From: Chroococcidiopsidaceae cyanobacterium
GTDB taxonomy: Bacteria > Cyanobacteriota > Cyanobacteriia > Cyanobacteriales > Chroococcidiopsidaceae
DNA length: 64,000 nt
Direction: 5' to 3'
Assembly: GCA_041748755.1 (NCBI GenBank)
Contig: JBGTCQ010000208.1
Location: 4,318 to 68,317, forward strand
The translations under genes and the position numbers were made by a program. This document shows positions 28,638-38,334 of the stretch, piece by piece (position 1 is the stretch's first letter; the number at the start of each line of letters is the position of its first letter). The notes beneath the pieces are model-generated. The model had not been told where the DNA came from, did not search any database, and was given only the letters and a program-made list of their open reading frames with translations.

Positions 28638-31028
28638 TTACTGTTCAATATTGGCGGCGGGTAAAAACAATGTCTTTTCAAGTTCCTCTCGCACGGCACG
28701 GGTCACATAACAATCACTATTCAGGCAATCTAGCAGCAATTGATTAGCATCGTAATACTGCCTGAGTACATTTCTCTGCTGGTCGTTGAACTGCCAATCA
28801 TGACCAATATTGCGCTCGGAGATCATTACGGCTCTTAATTGCTCAGTCCAGATCTCACCATTGGCTTGCCACAACTCCTCAAATCTCTCTGGATCTTTAT
28901 CCGGATCGGGTAGTTGATTTTTGAGTAGTCGTAGCGATTTTGCTAGCGGCGATTGCTTTGGTTCACGTTCGACTTCAGGAGCGAGGGAACGGACAAAGAC
29001 AAAGAAAGATTTAATTCCAGCGCAACTATAACTATGGTTAAGATCAATTGCCTGCGCTAGAGCAAGGGTAAGGGCACGATCAACACTAAGCTCAGTGGTA
29101 CAACTACTGTTAAGAGTGAAGGTAGGGTCAAGGATAAAAGCAATTTCAAAGATATCACCAGCAAAAGCAAGTGCATTTTCAATATCAATTTTGCTACTTA
29201 CAAGCACGATTGTCTGCGCGATCGCCAGATAAAAGGCTCGAACAGCTACTAGTTTGTAGGGAGCAGTAACTGCACGGGATTTTCGGTTCACCCACCTCAG
29301 AAATGCTTGCAAGTACTCGTCTTGGACTACTAGCTGATCAATCTGTTGCTTCATCAACAACAGCAGATAATCAGCATTTCGCAACATTACCACACTCAAC
29401 AAAAAGACTTCACGCCATCGTTTTTCTGTAATTCGACTTACCAGCTGTTTTAGAGCCGTTTCTAATGCCTGGGGGTTAGAAATGCCAACAATTTGTCTGG
29501 CTGCAAAATACTCTTGAAATGTTAGATGAGAGAACGAGTAAATTAAACGTGCCCGCTCCACTAATAACCCATGTTGGACTTCAATTGATTTGAGTACAGC
29601 CTTGCTGTCGAGTTGCAAAGTCTCAAACTCGTTATTAATACCAGGTACGTTACAGATGTAATCAGCAATGTGCTGCTCTATTTCTTTTTGTCTAAAAAAG
29701 TAGTCACACCGTTCAAACGTTCTCAGTGCAATTTGGCTGAGTAAGTCTTGCTTGTGTTGGATAGATAGCTCTTTGTAAACTTGAGAACGCTCAATATTCT
29801 GATTTGCATCCCACTTCTTCAGCAGCAGATTCAGCCCTTCTTTATAAAGCTGTGAACGATTTGAGGGAAAATCTGCTGATTCGGCAAATACTAAGCATAG
29901 TAGCGTCAGCAATAGCGGATTAGTTGCCAGTTCTTGAATCGGCTCATTTCTTTTGAGCTTTTGGATAAACATGTCACCCTTAATGGGATCTATAATCGCA
30001 AACCACTTTGTTACAAAACTGTCTATTTGCTGGAAATCGAAATCGGCAACTTCAACTTCTTTAAATTGTTTAAAGTTGTATTCTCGGCCGGCAATCCTGC
30101 AAGTGATCACAAATTGATTCTGGTGAAACTGGTCAGAAAACTCATGAATTTGCTTTAAGATACGACAACTATGTTCTTCTCTGACTTCATCTAAACCATC
30201 CAGCAAAATCATTGCCCTGCCTTGTTCTAACAGGTCAACTGTTTGACTATCAGTTACGCCGTAGATCCGAAGTAATTGAGTTATGTATATTAATAAACTT
30301 AGTTGATTTTCTGCTTCAGCATAATCTTTGAGAGCGATGAAAAATGGGATTTTATCAGCTCGAACGTCATCCAAGCTGCACTGAATTGCTAAACTCTTCA
30401 AAAAGGTAGTTTTACCGACTCCTGGCTTACCCAGCACCATTAGCTTTGAGTATTTTTCAACAGCTGTTGACCCTGGCACTCGTTCCTCAGTAATTCTACC
30501 CAGTCCAAAGCGGTTAAAATCAGCTGGATCACAGCTTTGTAGTAAGTCAGAGATTTCCAGTGGTCTACGTCCACTAATTGTCTCCAGAATGTTGATGCTA
30601 ATGTAAATGTCATTTAAACCAACGGGCTGAGTCATATCTAGCACTTGCATCGTGCCGCACCGCATCACAATGTCGCTGCGACTCCTCTGGCGCACCTCTT
30701 GCACGAGGGCATCAATATTACTGCTGATGCCCTGTGCAGCTAATAACCGTAGATCGGGTTTTTTAGATGACTTAGCAACTATTTCGTCCCACTCCAAATT
30801 CAGCTTTTGGCAAATCTGGTAAAAATACTTACGGTTAACTGGCTTTCCTTTAAAAAATTCATTAACTGTGTAAGTACTAATTTTTAACTCTTTTTGTGCT
30901 AGAACTTTCTGAGTCAAAGACGAGTGCCTTAAGGCTTTTCTGGCTTTTTCAATACCTTCTGGAGATGCTTGGACTGAAGGGTAACGTCCGGCGCTTTGCT
31001 TACGCACAGTCATATCTGAATAGATCAT
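28638..31028 (-). CDS. STAND NTPase: N-terminal HTH-like domain, NACHT module, helical C-terminal region
   Basis: Walker A LGKPGVGKTTFLK (codons at about 30405-30431), Walker B MILLDGLDEV, pre-NACHT segment CGTMQVLDMTQPVGLNDIYI. The N-terminal 85 aa resemble an XRE-type HTH. Confidence 0.85.
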   Translation of the reverse strand: MIYSDMTVRKQSAGRYPSVQASPEGIEKARKALRHSSLTQKVLAQKELKISTYTVNEFFKGKPVNRKYFYQICQKLNLEWDEIVAKSSKKPDLRLLAAQGISSNIDALVQEVRQRSRSDIVMRCGTMQVLDMTQPVGLNDIYISINILETISGRRPLEISDLLQSCDPADFNRFGLGRITEERVPGSTAVEKYSKLMVLGKPGVGKTTFLKSLAIQCSLDDVRADKIPFFIALKDYAEAENQLSLLIYITQLLRIYGVTDSQTVDLLEQGRAMILLDGLDEVREEHSCRILKQIHEFSDQFHQNQFVITCRIAGREYNFKQFKEVEVADFDFQQIDSFVTKWFAIIDPIKGDMFIQKLKRNEPIQELATNPLLLTLLCLVFAESADFPSNRSQLYKEGLNLLLKKWDANQNIERSQVYKELSIQHKQDLLSQIALRTFERCDYFFRQKEIEQHIADYICNVPGINNEFETLQLDSKAVLKSIEVQHGLLVERARLIYSFSHLTFQEYFAARQIVGISNPQALETALKQLVSRITEKRWREVFLLSVVMLRNADYLLLLMKQQIDQLVVQDEYLQAFLRWVNRKSRAVTAPYKLVAVRAFYLAIAQTIVLVSSKIDIENALAFAGDIFEIAFILDPTFTLNSSCTTELSVDRALTLALAQAIDLNHSYSCAGIKSFFVFVRSLAPEVEREPKQSPLAKSLRLLKNQLPDPDKDPERFEELWQANGEIWTEQLRAVMISERNIGHDWQFNDQQRNVLRQYYDANQLLLDCLNSDCYVTRAVREELEKTLFLPAANIEQ

Positions 31029-31534
31029 GGAATAGAGGAGAGAAGAAATTAAAAGCTTTTTCTAAAGAATGTACGCTTTACTCGCTTGATCGGTTTAAAT
31101 TCCTTGCTTTTTATCTACAGAGAAAACTAAATTCTGATTCCTTGAATAAAGACCCTAGATTTATCTGTAAAGTTTCCCTACGCTCTATTCACCGTTTCCT
31201 AATGTTGGAGGCGTTGTCATTTCACCAAGCGAGTGCTTATTTTAATTGCACGTGGCGTATTAATAAAGATAATGAGATTAGAGCAATTCTTTTGTAAGTG
31301 ATTAAAGTCACATCCTAATAGTGATCAGAACAACATGCTTATTAAGCGGGTAAATTCCACCTTGAAAAGGCAGAATTATTAGATAGCAATCCGATTTGAA
31401 TTAGCAAAGGTAGGGTAAGTTAAAAGCCCATCCCATAACCTCACTTCATGGCTCCTGTAAGATTGCTATATAGCTATAAACCTACATTACTAAAACTATG
31501 CATAGCTTAATGCTTGTAGGTGTAAAAGATGAAG

Positions 31535-31918
31535 TTAAGGTTTTTCAAAGCCCAATACCCGTGCCTTCATTTCATCCACGGTACGCGGATCAGTTTCAAA
31601 AGTTACCCAGCCTTTGCGCGTGGAGTGCCGTGGCAGGAAAGCAATCTCAAATTGGGCACTTTCTTGTTCCTTACCGCCGCTTTCAAGGATAACTTCGACT
31701 TGGACACCTTCTGCTGTTTCATCACCCTGATTAGTTACTGATACAGAAACAATGAAGTGGTTTAATTGTGGCTGCGGTTTACCTATCTGAAACTGAATAC
31801 TGGGCGGTGCGTCCCCCAACGTGGCACTATCATAAACCAGATACCCCAGCGTACTCACCACAAGTACGAGACTAGCGGCAAAGACGACCCATTCTAGCCA
31901 ATTCTTTTCTAGTTTCAT
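31535..31918 (-). CDS. Conserved hypothetical protein with an N-terminal TM anchor (resembles TIGR02588)
   Basis: 127 aa, 4-nt overlap with the upstream membrane-protein gene. Family name recalled from memory, not verified. Confidence 0.5.
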   Translation of the reverse strand: MKLEKNWLEWVVFAASLVLVVSTLGYLVYDSATLGDAPPSIQFQIGKPQPQLNHFIVSVSVTNQGDETAEGVQVEVILESGGKEQESAQFEIAFLPRHSTRKGWVTFETDPRTVDEMKARVLGFEKP

Positions 31919-32793
31919 TGGAGTAAAAGCCTACCAGCGGAAGCGCCTAACGTAGCGGACAGTCCAAGTACGATTGTTTCTGACAGGCAAATAGTCGGTG
32001 CAATGCCATCAAAGCGCCCGAAGAACCAGAGAATTGAAGCAGAGGCAAATAGGGCGATCGCATACGTAATAACAGTTGCAAAAACAACATTTTTAATGCC
32101 TCTAGACTTGCTAAATCGCTGCGAACCACTAAAGTCAATATAAAACAGGATAAGTGCTCCCATTAGTATTGACAGGAGCGCCACACCCAGAATTTTTGCA
32201 GGCGCGGTTTCATTAGCAACCATAATAATCTCTTCTGTCGGTGCAAAATTGGCAGCAAAGAGAACAGCACCACATAAAGTAATCGTCATTTGTCCGCCAA
32301 AATCACTGTCGTCATCTTCTGTGAGAAATGGTGCGGCATCACTGTCCATCCCCGTATCGTCTTCCTGATTATCCTCACTACCACCTAGCTGAGCAGTACC
32401 GATGGAGACACCAATCGCCACCGTCATTGCTTCAATGATAATTTTGCCGACAATTTCACTAACCGTCATCTCAGAAGTAATCTGACCAAGTAGCCAAAGA
32501 ACAAATGCCGCGATTACTAAACCTAGCCCCATCTCTTCAATCGAATCAATTACCACTTCAATTGGACTAGCATCGCACCGCAGACCACAATAACGGTTGT
32601 ATCCCAATAGTAAAGTGAAGCTGGCAAGAATATAGATTAGTAGGCGTAAGGGATGGGCGATAAAACCAGCCCACCAGACTTCCATTGTGTAGAGCAACGG
32701 CAAACTGAACAATAGCCCACCCGTGATGCCCCGCAAATATTCTTGCAGCGATCGCGTTATTGTTCGGTTACTTTCTTTGCGACTCATAGTCAC
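31915..32793 (-). CDS. Integral membrane protein (resembles TIGR02587)
   Basis: 292 aa with about 6 TM segments around an acidic loop (GGSEDNQEDDTGMDSDAAPFLTEDDDSDFGG). Confidence 0.5.
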   Translation of the reverse strand: MTMSRKESNRTITRSLQEYLRGITGGLLFSLPLLYTMEVWWAGFIAHPLRLLIYILASFTLLLGYNRYCGLRCDASPIEVVIDSIEEMGLGLVIAAFVLWLLGQITSEMTVSEIVGKIIIEAMTVAIGVSIGTAQLGGSEDNQEDDTGMDSDAAPFLTEDDDSDFGGQMTITLCGAVLFAANFAPTEEIIMVANETAPAKILGVALLSILMGALILFYIDFSGSQRFSKSRGIKNVVFATVITYAIALFASASILWFFGRFDGIAPTICLSETIVLGLSATLGASAGRLLLQ

Positions 32794-32935
32794 AACGTCT
32801 CTAAAAGCTACTTCTTCCTTGATCCCTATCTTAGTCTAAGCTGTTATGTATCCAATTTGCCTAGTTTTAGACGAGGAGCTAGCTATTGCTAAAGAGACAA
32901 AATACTTAATCTTTTGTCTCTTGTTTTGTTGCCTA

Positions 32936-33058
32936 CTAATCTTCTGATTTATTCCTTTTTGTAGTCAAAATAGTGGTGTTCATCATCAGACTTGCACCAA
33001 TTAAGATAACTACCGCAAGACCCGCTGTAATTAGATCCAGCACATTAGTGTTTTCCAT
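32936..33058 (-). CDS. Possible 40-aa single-TM micro-protein upstream of the membrane-protein pair
   Basis: My own translation is MENTNVLDLITAGLAVVILIGASLMMNTTILTTKRNKSED. AAGGA lies 6 nt upstream of the ATG. Confidence 0.3.
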   Translation of the reverse strand: MENTNVLDLITAGLAVVILIGASLMMNTTILTTKRNKSED

Positions 33059-33092
33059 TTTTATTCCTTAATTCAGTAAAAAATGCCTGGTT

Positions 33093-34226
33093 CTAGAAAT
33101 CTACGCCGCGCTTTAGTTCAACACCTTGATTTGCATAATGTTTATGACAAAAGACCTCTGAATGAACTCCGGCCAAGTCGAAATAGGCGGGCGGATTTTG
33201 GCAGCGACCAGTGATAATAACTTCTGTATCGCGAGGTTTGCGGAGCAGAGCCTGGACAATCGGCTCAATGGGCAGCAGTTCTAAATCAACAGTAGGATTG
33301 AGTTCATCTAAAATAATTGTTTTGTATAACCCAGATGCGATCGCCGCTCTTGCTATTTCCCAGCCACGTTCCGCTTCCACATAGTCTAGCTCTTGCTGTT
33401 GACCGCGCCACACAATTGCATCTCCACCACAGCGCTGATGATCTACAAGGCTGGGGTAAATTTGCTGTAAAGCAGCGATCGCCGCGTCTTCTGTATACCC
33501 AGTCCCACCCTTAAGCCACTGCAAAATCAAAACGCGGTGAGAATTATCGTGACTAATACCCTTGCCAATTGCTTGCAATGCTTTACCCAGCGCACTGGTA
33601 GACTTTCCTTTACCAGCACCAGTATAGATTTCAATTCCTGAAATTCCCTGCGCTGCGGCAGTCGGGTGGTGGTGGGGTCTCATTTCTGAGTGCAAATCTG
33701 CAATATCTAACAGCTGTTGTGGCGCACCTCTACCAGTGGCAATGATTTCTAACTCCTCCGGCTTTGATTGCAACGTCTGAACGACTTCATCTACTGGCAA
33801 CAAGCCCAAATCCAGAACAGGGTTAAGTTCATCCAAGACGACAACCGAATATAGCCCCGATGCGATTGCGCCTTTCGCTACATCCCAGCCCCGCCGTGCT
33901 TCTAGTTTATCAAAGCGCGTAATTTCATCTGCCCCAAAAAACTCTGCCCGACCTGTGCGAACCTGGTCAATTAAATGTGGAAACCCTTGTTGCAGCGCTG
34001 CAATTGCCCCATCTTCGTCATAGGCTCTTCCTGGTCCTTTCAAAAACCGCAACAGCAAGACGCGAGTGGCGCTGCGCGTATTTATTCCCAACCCAATTGA
34101 ACGCAAAACTACGCCCAAAGCCGCCTGGGATTTACCTTTCCCTGCACCATCGTAGACATGAATTTGACCTACTACACGATGGGAACGCAGTTGCGCCGTG
34201 CGAATGCCAATGCCGTTCCTTGTCAT
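33093..34226 (-). CDS. cobO: Cob(I)yrinic acid a,c-diamide adenosyltransferase, tandem-duplicated CobA/CobO/BtuR domains
   Basis: Two P-loops (YDGAGKGKSQAALG and YTGAGKGKSTSALG) and two copies of VLDELNP..DL.LLP...V...L..KP...E.I.TGR. Confidence 0.85.
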   Translation of the reverse strand: MTRNGIGIRTAQLRSHRVVGQIHVYDGAGKGKSQAALGVVLRSIGLGINTRSATRVLLLRFLKGPGRAYDEDGAIAALQQGFPHLIDQVRTGRAEFFGADEITRFDKLEARRGWDVAKGAIASGLYSVVVLDELNPVLDLGLLPVDEVVQTLQSKPEELEIIATGRGAPQQLLDIADLHSEMRPHHHPTAAAQGISGIEIYTGAGKGKSTSALGKALQAIGKGISHDNSHRVLILQWLKGGTGYTEDAAIAALQQIYPSLVDHQRCGGDAIVWRGQQQELDYVEAERGWEIARAAIASGLYKTIILDELNPTVDLELLPIEPIVQALLRKPRDTEVIITGRCQNPPAYFDLAGVHSEVFCHKHYANQGVELKRGVDF

Positions 34227-34343
34227 TGTTCTAAGAATTGCGTGTATTTCATTTTAATGGAGGACTTGTACCATTGCTACTGACAATATAGATAAATCTG
34301 GGGGCTTTGTTGCTCCTCATTTTAGATAATTTGGAGGGATAGA

Positions 34344-35123
34344 GTGAATCTGCGCCGAATTTTCGCGATCGCCACGAATGTGTTTCGGGAAGTGGTACGC
34401 GATCGCATCCTATACATCATCGGCTTTTATGCTCTCATCCTGACGGCTGCATTTCGGTTTCTTCCTGAGTTTGCAGCTGCAACAGAGGACAAAATTTTCT
34501 TGGACTTTGGTTTGGCAGCGATGAATGTACTCGGCTTAATTGTGGCTGTATTTGTCGGTACTGGGCTAATTAACAAAGAAATTGAGCAGCGGACTGTCCT
34601 AGTTTTAATTGCCAAGCCCATCAGCCGTGTCGATTTTATCACAGGTAAACACTTAGGGTTATCAGCAGTGTTAGCCTTACTTATTACTGCAATGACGGCA
34701 ATTTACCTGGCACTGTTGCAATTTGGCAACATTCCTTATCCGTTAGGTAGCATTCTGCTGGCTGTGCTTTTCCTGTTCTTCCAGTTGTCCTTAGTTACAG
34801 CTGTCACTATTGTATTTGGTGTGTTTACCAGTTCAGTGCTAGCGACGCTACTTAGCTTTGGTATCTATTTCATGGGGAACTTTAGCCAAGATTTAGTTGA
34901 ATTAGGTCGCTTGAGTAAGAATCCTGGTTTGCAACGCCTGACACAAGCTTTGTATCTCGTTTTACCTGATTTCTCCCGCTTAGACTTGAAAAATCAGGCA
35001 GTTTATGGTGATGAACTTTTGCCAAATTCACTTACTTTAATTGCTAACGCTGGCTATGGATTGGTTTACACAGTACTGTTATTGGCGATCGCTACTTTGA
35101 TCTTCTCGCGCCGTGAGTTTTAA
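34344..35123 (+). CDS. ABC-2 type transporter permease (orphan, no adjacent ATPase)
   Basis: 259 aa with 6 TM segments and an N-terminus typical of NosY/ABC-2-like permeases. GTG start. Confidence 0.65.
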   Translation: MNLRRIFAIATNVFREVVRDRILYIIGFYALILTAAFRFLPEFAAATEDKIFLDFGLAAMNVLGLIVAVFVGTGLINKEIEQRTVLVLIAKPISRVDFITGKHLGLSAVLALLITAMTAIYLALLQFGNIPYPLGSILLAVLFLFFQLSLVTAVTIVFGVFTSSVLATLLSFGIYFMGNFSQDLVELGRLSKNPGLQRLTQALYLVLPDFSRLDLKNQAVYGDELLPNSLTLIANAGYGLVYTVLLLAIATLIFSRREF

Positions 35124-35146
35124 GTTGACTTCGTTAGACGCTAGTG

Positions 35147-35731
35147 TCAGTAGATAAATGGGATTAGTCTCCAAGTATTTTCTATGTAAGCTCTGTATTT
35201 ATCGCCAAATGCCGCTTTCAGCATCACCTCCTCTGAGTAGATGCGATAACCCAACCCAGTGAATTTTGTAACCATGATTGTCACAATCACAATCCAGTTT
35301 GCTGTAGCTAATCCTGCTCCTACAGACGCTATGAGAATTCCTAGATAGCCAGGATGTCGGACTACTCTGTAGAGGCCTTGTGCAATCAATTGTTGTTCTG
35401 GGATCACAAGTAACGTCCGCGTGTAGAACTTACCCAGGGTTTTCGCTGCAAAATACCGCAGAGTCAGTCCACCAATCATCATTAGTATTCCTATCCAATT
35501 AATCCAAGCACCACTTCCCAGAAATCCCCAGCCATTTATGTTGAGTACAGGTGCTAGTAAAAGAGAGACAATTTCGATCAGCCCGCCGACAAGAAACAAC
35601 TGTGTACTCCCGCGATCAGACGAACCTGCTTGAAGACTCAGAGCCTGCTCACTCTTTCTCTGGAGCCGTTCCATTACGAAGTAAAAGGCAATTAGAAGAT
35701 ATGCCAAGAAAATTGTAGTCATCATGCTCAA
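35147..35731 (-). CDS. Isoprenylcysteine carboxyl methyltransferase (ICMT) / phospholipid methyltransferase family membrane protein
   Basis: GLYRVVRHPGYLG motif and a multi-TM profile. Confidence 0.75.
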   Translation of the reverse strand: MSMMTTIFLAYLLIAFYFVMERLQRKSEQALSLQAGSSDRGSTQLFLVGGLIEIVSLLLAPVLNINGWGFLGSGAWINWIGILMMIGGLTLRYFAAKTLGKFYTRTLLVIPEQQLIAQGLYRVVRHPGYLGILIASVGAGLATANWIVIVTIMVTKFTGLGYRIYSEEVMLKAAFGDKYRAYIENTWRLIPFIY

Positions 35732-35744
35732 CTCCCTGATGAAT

Positions 35745-36416
35745 TTAGTCGCTTACCTGATTCAAGCTTTGAGCTGCTAGGGCGATCGCTTGTGGCAAAA
35801 TTCGATGTTCTTGGACTTGAATCCGGGCGTGCAGCGTTTCTGGTGTATCGTTGGGCAAAACTGGTACAGCTGCCTGGAGTAAGATTGGGCCGCTATCGAC
35901 CTCTAAACAGACAAGATGAACTGTACAGCCAGTAATTTTAACTCCAGCATTTATTGCTTGCTCGATGGCACGTACACCCCGGAAACTCGGCAACAAACTG
36001 GGATGAATATTAATAATTTTGTTGGGAAAAGCATCAATTAATACAGGTGTTACCAGTCGCATCCATCCTGCCATAATTACCCATTCCACTTGATACTGTT
36101 GCAAAGTCTGGACAATTCGCTGATCTAAATCTTCGCGGCGCTGAAAGTCGCGGTGATTTAATAAAACACTTGGAATACCCCAATTATTTGCTCGTTGGGC
36201 GGCTTGTGCTTCTGGGTTGTTGTAAATCAGGACTTGAATTTGGGCGTTGAGTTGGTTTGAAGCGATCGCGCTCTGCACTGCCTCAAAGTTACTGCCATTA
36301 CCAGAAGCCATAATTCCCAGTTTTAAAGGTACGCCTTTTGTGGGTGTAGGTGAAATCCTTGGAGAAACAAGACTGGAAGTAGAATCAGTAGAATCAGATG
36401 GTACGACGGGAGTCAT
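35745..36416 (-). CDS. purN: Phosphoribosylglycinamide formyltransferase
   Basis: ASGNGSNFEAV, INIHPSLLPSFRG and VDSGPIL motifs. Confidence 0.9.
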   Translation of the reverse strand: MTPVVPSDSTDSTSSLVSPRISPTPTKGVPLKLGIMASGNGSNFEAVQSAIASNQLNAQIQVLIYNNPEAQAAQRANNWGIPSVLLNHRDFQRREDLDQRIVQTLQQYQVEWVIMAGWMRLVTPVLIDAFPNKIINIHPSLLPSFRGVRAIEQAINAGVKITGCTVHLVCLEVDSGPILLQAAVPVLPNDTPETLHARIQVQEHRILPQAIALAAQSLNQVSD

Positions 36417-36767
36417 GGTGCTAGAAACATAAAATAAATTATTAATAAAATCTGCTTATCAGGTCAGAATCAATTCAGGGGAAATTCAGCATAAGTTCCT
36501 ACCTGGCATTTCTAGATGATTCAGTGCGATCGCTCTCAATAACCCATACTTCAACACGTATTTCCACCAAGCTCAATTGTTAAGTTTGCACTTTTGACTC
36601 CTGTTATTGATCATTTTATCTAATTTGGGCAATTACAATTGAATTACAAAACTTCAAGTATTGACATTATAATTTCAATAAATTAAAACTAATTGCTTTA
36701 AAACAACTACATTTTAAGTAAGCTGATTTTTGTGTACAAAAACATTTATTAAATTTAGGAAAAACGC

Positions 36768-36796
36768 TTGACTTAGTATTAATAACATCATAATAT
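36768..36796 (+). promoter_or_regulatory. Sigma70-type promoter candidate in a 790-bp AT-rich spacer
   Basis: -35 TTGACT (36768-36773), 17-nt spacer, -10 TAATAT (36791-36796). A GC-rich hairpin follows at 36846-36872. Confidence 0.35.
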
Positions 36797-37206
36797 AGTA
36801 ATTGTATTGGTCTAACCAAATGCTTGAAAGAAGTATGTGGTTGACGCGCCGGGGACAATCGTCCTCGGTGCGGCATTCTGAAAATTTACGCTTAGGTCAG
36901 AAATTTCACTACGTTATTTCTAAGTAATTGACATTAAAAAATTGTTACTAGAGAAAGGAATCAAGCACCACTGAAGTGTATGGCTCAATCTGCGCTATTT
37001 ACTATTTGCAAAAGTTATAAGCTTTGGAGTCCACACATATCGAAGATGGCACATTGTGTAAAGTAGGAAAAACTATCATAACAGCATCTTTCACTGAAGA
37101 ATACGATATCAACATTCTTTCAAGGTCAACTACAGAATTCCGGCGTACTTGTAAACACCTGGTTCCATAAAATAGCTTTACTCTAACGCTTGACTAAGAG
37201 ATCTTT

Positions 37207-38091
37207 GTGAAAATTGCTTCTGAACGCTTCAAGTGGCTGGATAATGACGCGATCGCCGCCTGGATCTTTCTCACTCCAGCGCTGATTTTCCTAGGCATAT
37301 TTCTGATCTGGCCGATCGCCTATCTGTTTTACCTCAGCTTTACTGCTGGTAGTTTCACATCATCTGGCGCATCCTGGGTAGGCTGGAGAAATTACTTGCG
37401 GTTGCTACTCAACCCTGATTTTTGGCAGGTTCTCGGTAACACCGGATATTTCACCCTGGCAACCGTCATCCCCAGTTTGGTTGTTCCCTTGGGACTTGCG
37501 GTGCTGTTGAACCGTACCTTTGCCTTGCAGGGATTGCTGCGAAGTGTCTATTTCCTGCCCTCAATCACTTCCTTGGTAGCAGCTGGCTTAGGGTTTCGCT
37601 GGCTGTTTCAAACCGAAGGGCCAGTTAATGCGTTTTTAAGTTCTATAGGCATGGAACCAATTCCTTGGCTAGGCAGTACCACTTGGGCAATGCCAGTGCT
37701 GATTTTATTGAGTATTTGGAAACAGTTGGGTTTTAATATGGTGGTATTTTTGGCTGGGTTGCAAGCAATTCCTCCCAGTCGTTATGAGGCTGCGGAACTA
37801 GATGGGGCTGATTCTTGGCAACAGTTCTGGCATATTACACTGCCCGGATTACGATCTACGCTCGGCTTTGCAACTATCACCACTGCTATCTTCACTCTGC
37901 GGAGTTTTGAGCAAGTTTATGTAATTACTGGCGGCGGTCCTTTGAACTCCACTAATCTGCTAGTTTATTACATTTACCAGGAAGCTTTTGCTCAATTTGA
38001 TTTCGGCTATGCAGCTGCTGCGGCAACAGTGCTGCTGGCGATCGCGCTGTTATTGGTCTATCTCCAGCTAAAAACTTGGGGACAGGATTAA
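37207..38091 (+). CDS. Carbohydrate ABC transporter permease (MalF/UgpA-like), orphan
   Basis: EAA loop YEAAELDGADSWQQFWHITLPGL and 6 TM segments. GTG start. Confidence 0.85.
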   Translation: MKIASERFKWLDNDAIAAWIFLTPALIFLGIFLIWPIAYLFYLSFTAGSFTSSGASWVGWRNYLRLLLNPDFWQVLGNTGYFTLATVIPSLVVPLGLAVLLNRTFALQGLLRSVYFLPSITSLVAAGLGFRWLFQTEGPVNAFLSSIGMEPIPWLGSTTWAMPVLILLSIWKQLGFNMVVFLAGLQAIPPSRYEAAELDGADSWQQFWHITLPGLRSTLGFATITTAIFTLRSFEQVYVITGGGPLNSTNLLVYYIYQEAFAQFDFGYAAAAATVLLAIALLLVYLQLKTWGQD

Positions 38092-38334
38092 AATACTTAT
38101 AAAAGATGTCATATAGGTTAGCATCCAGTCATTTAAGCAGTAGGGCTTGACTTTTTTGAAATGGCATAGTACTTTGACTAAGTGCTTAACCGCGAATATA
38201 CTTAATGCATATTTTTTAGGTATAACTAGATACGTTATATAGAAATCGAACTTTACTGTTCAGGAACTACCTGGAGCAGGGATAAGTCTGGTACTGAAAA
38301 TATTGTCCCTTCTAACTAAGGAACTAAATTATAG

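Noticed and set aside
30896-31297. 133-aa plus-strand ORF overlapping the 5' end of the NACHT gene and extending into the spacer
   Set aside because: It has no RBS and no recognisable domain, it overlaps the well-supported NACHT start, and it lies in an AT-rich sequence where long random ORFs are expected.
36667-36876. 69-aa minus-strand ORF in the purN / ABC-permease spacer
   Set aside because: It lies in roughly 25-30 percent GC non-coding-looking DNA, gives a Lys/Phe/Asn-rich product, has no RBS and runs through the GC hairpin. It is more likely chance.
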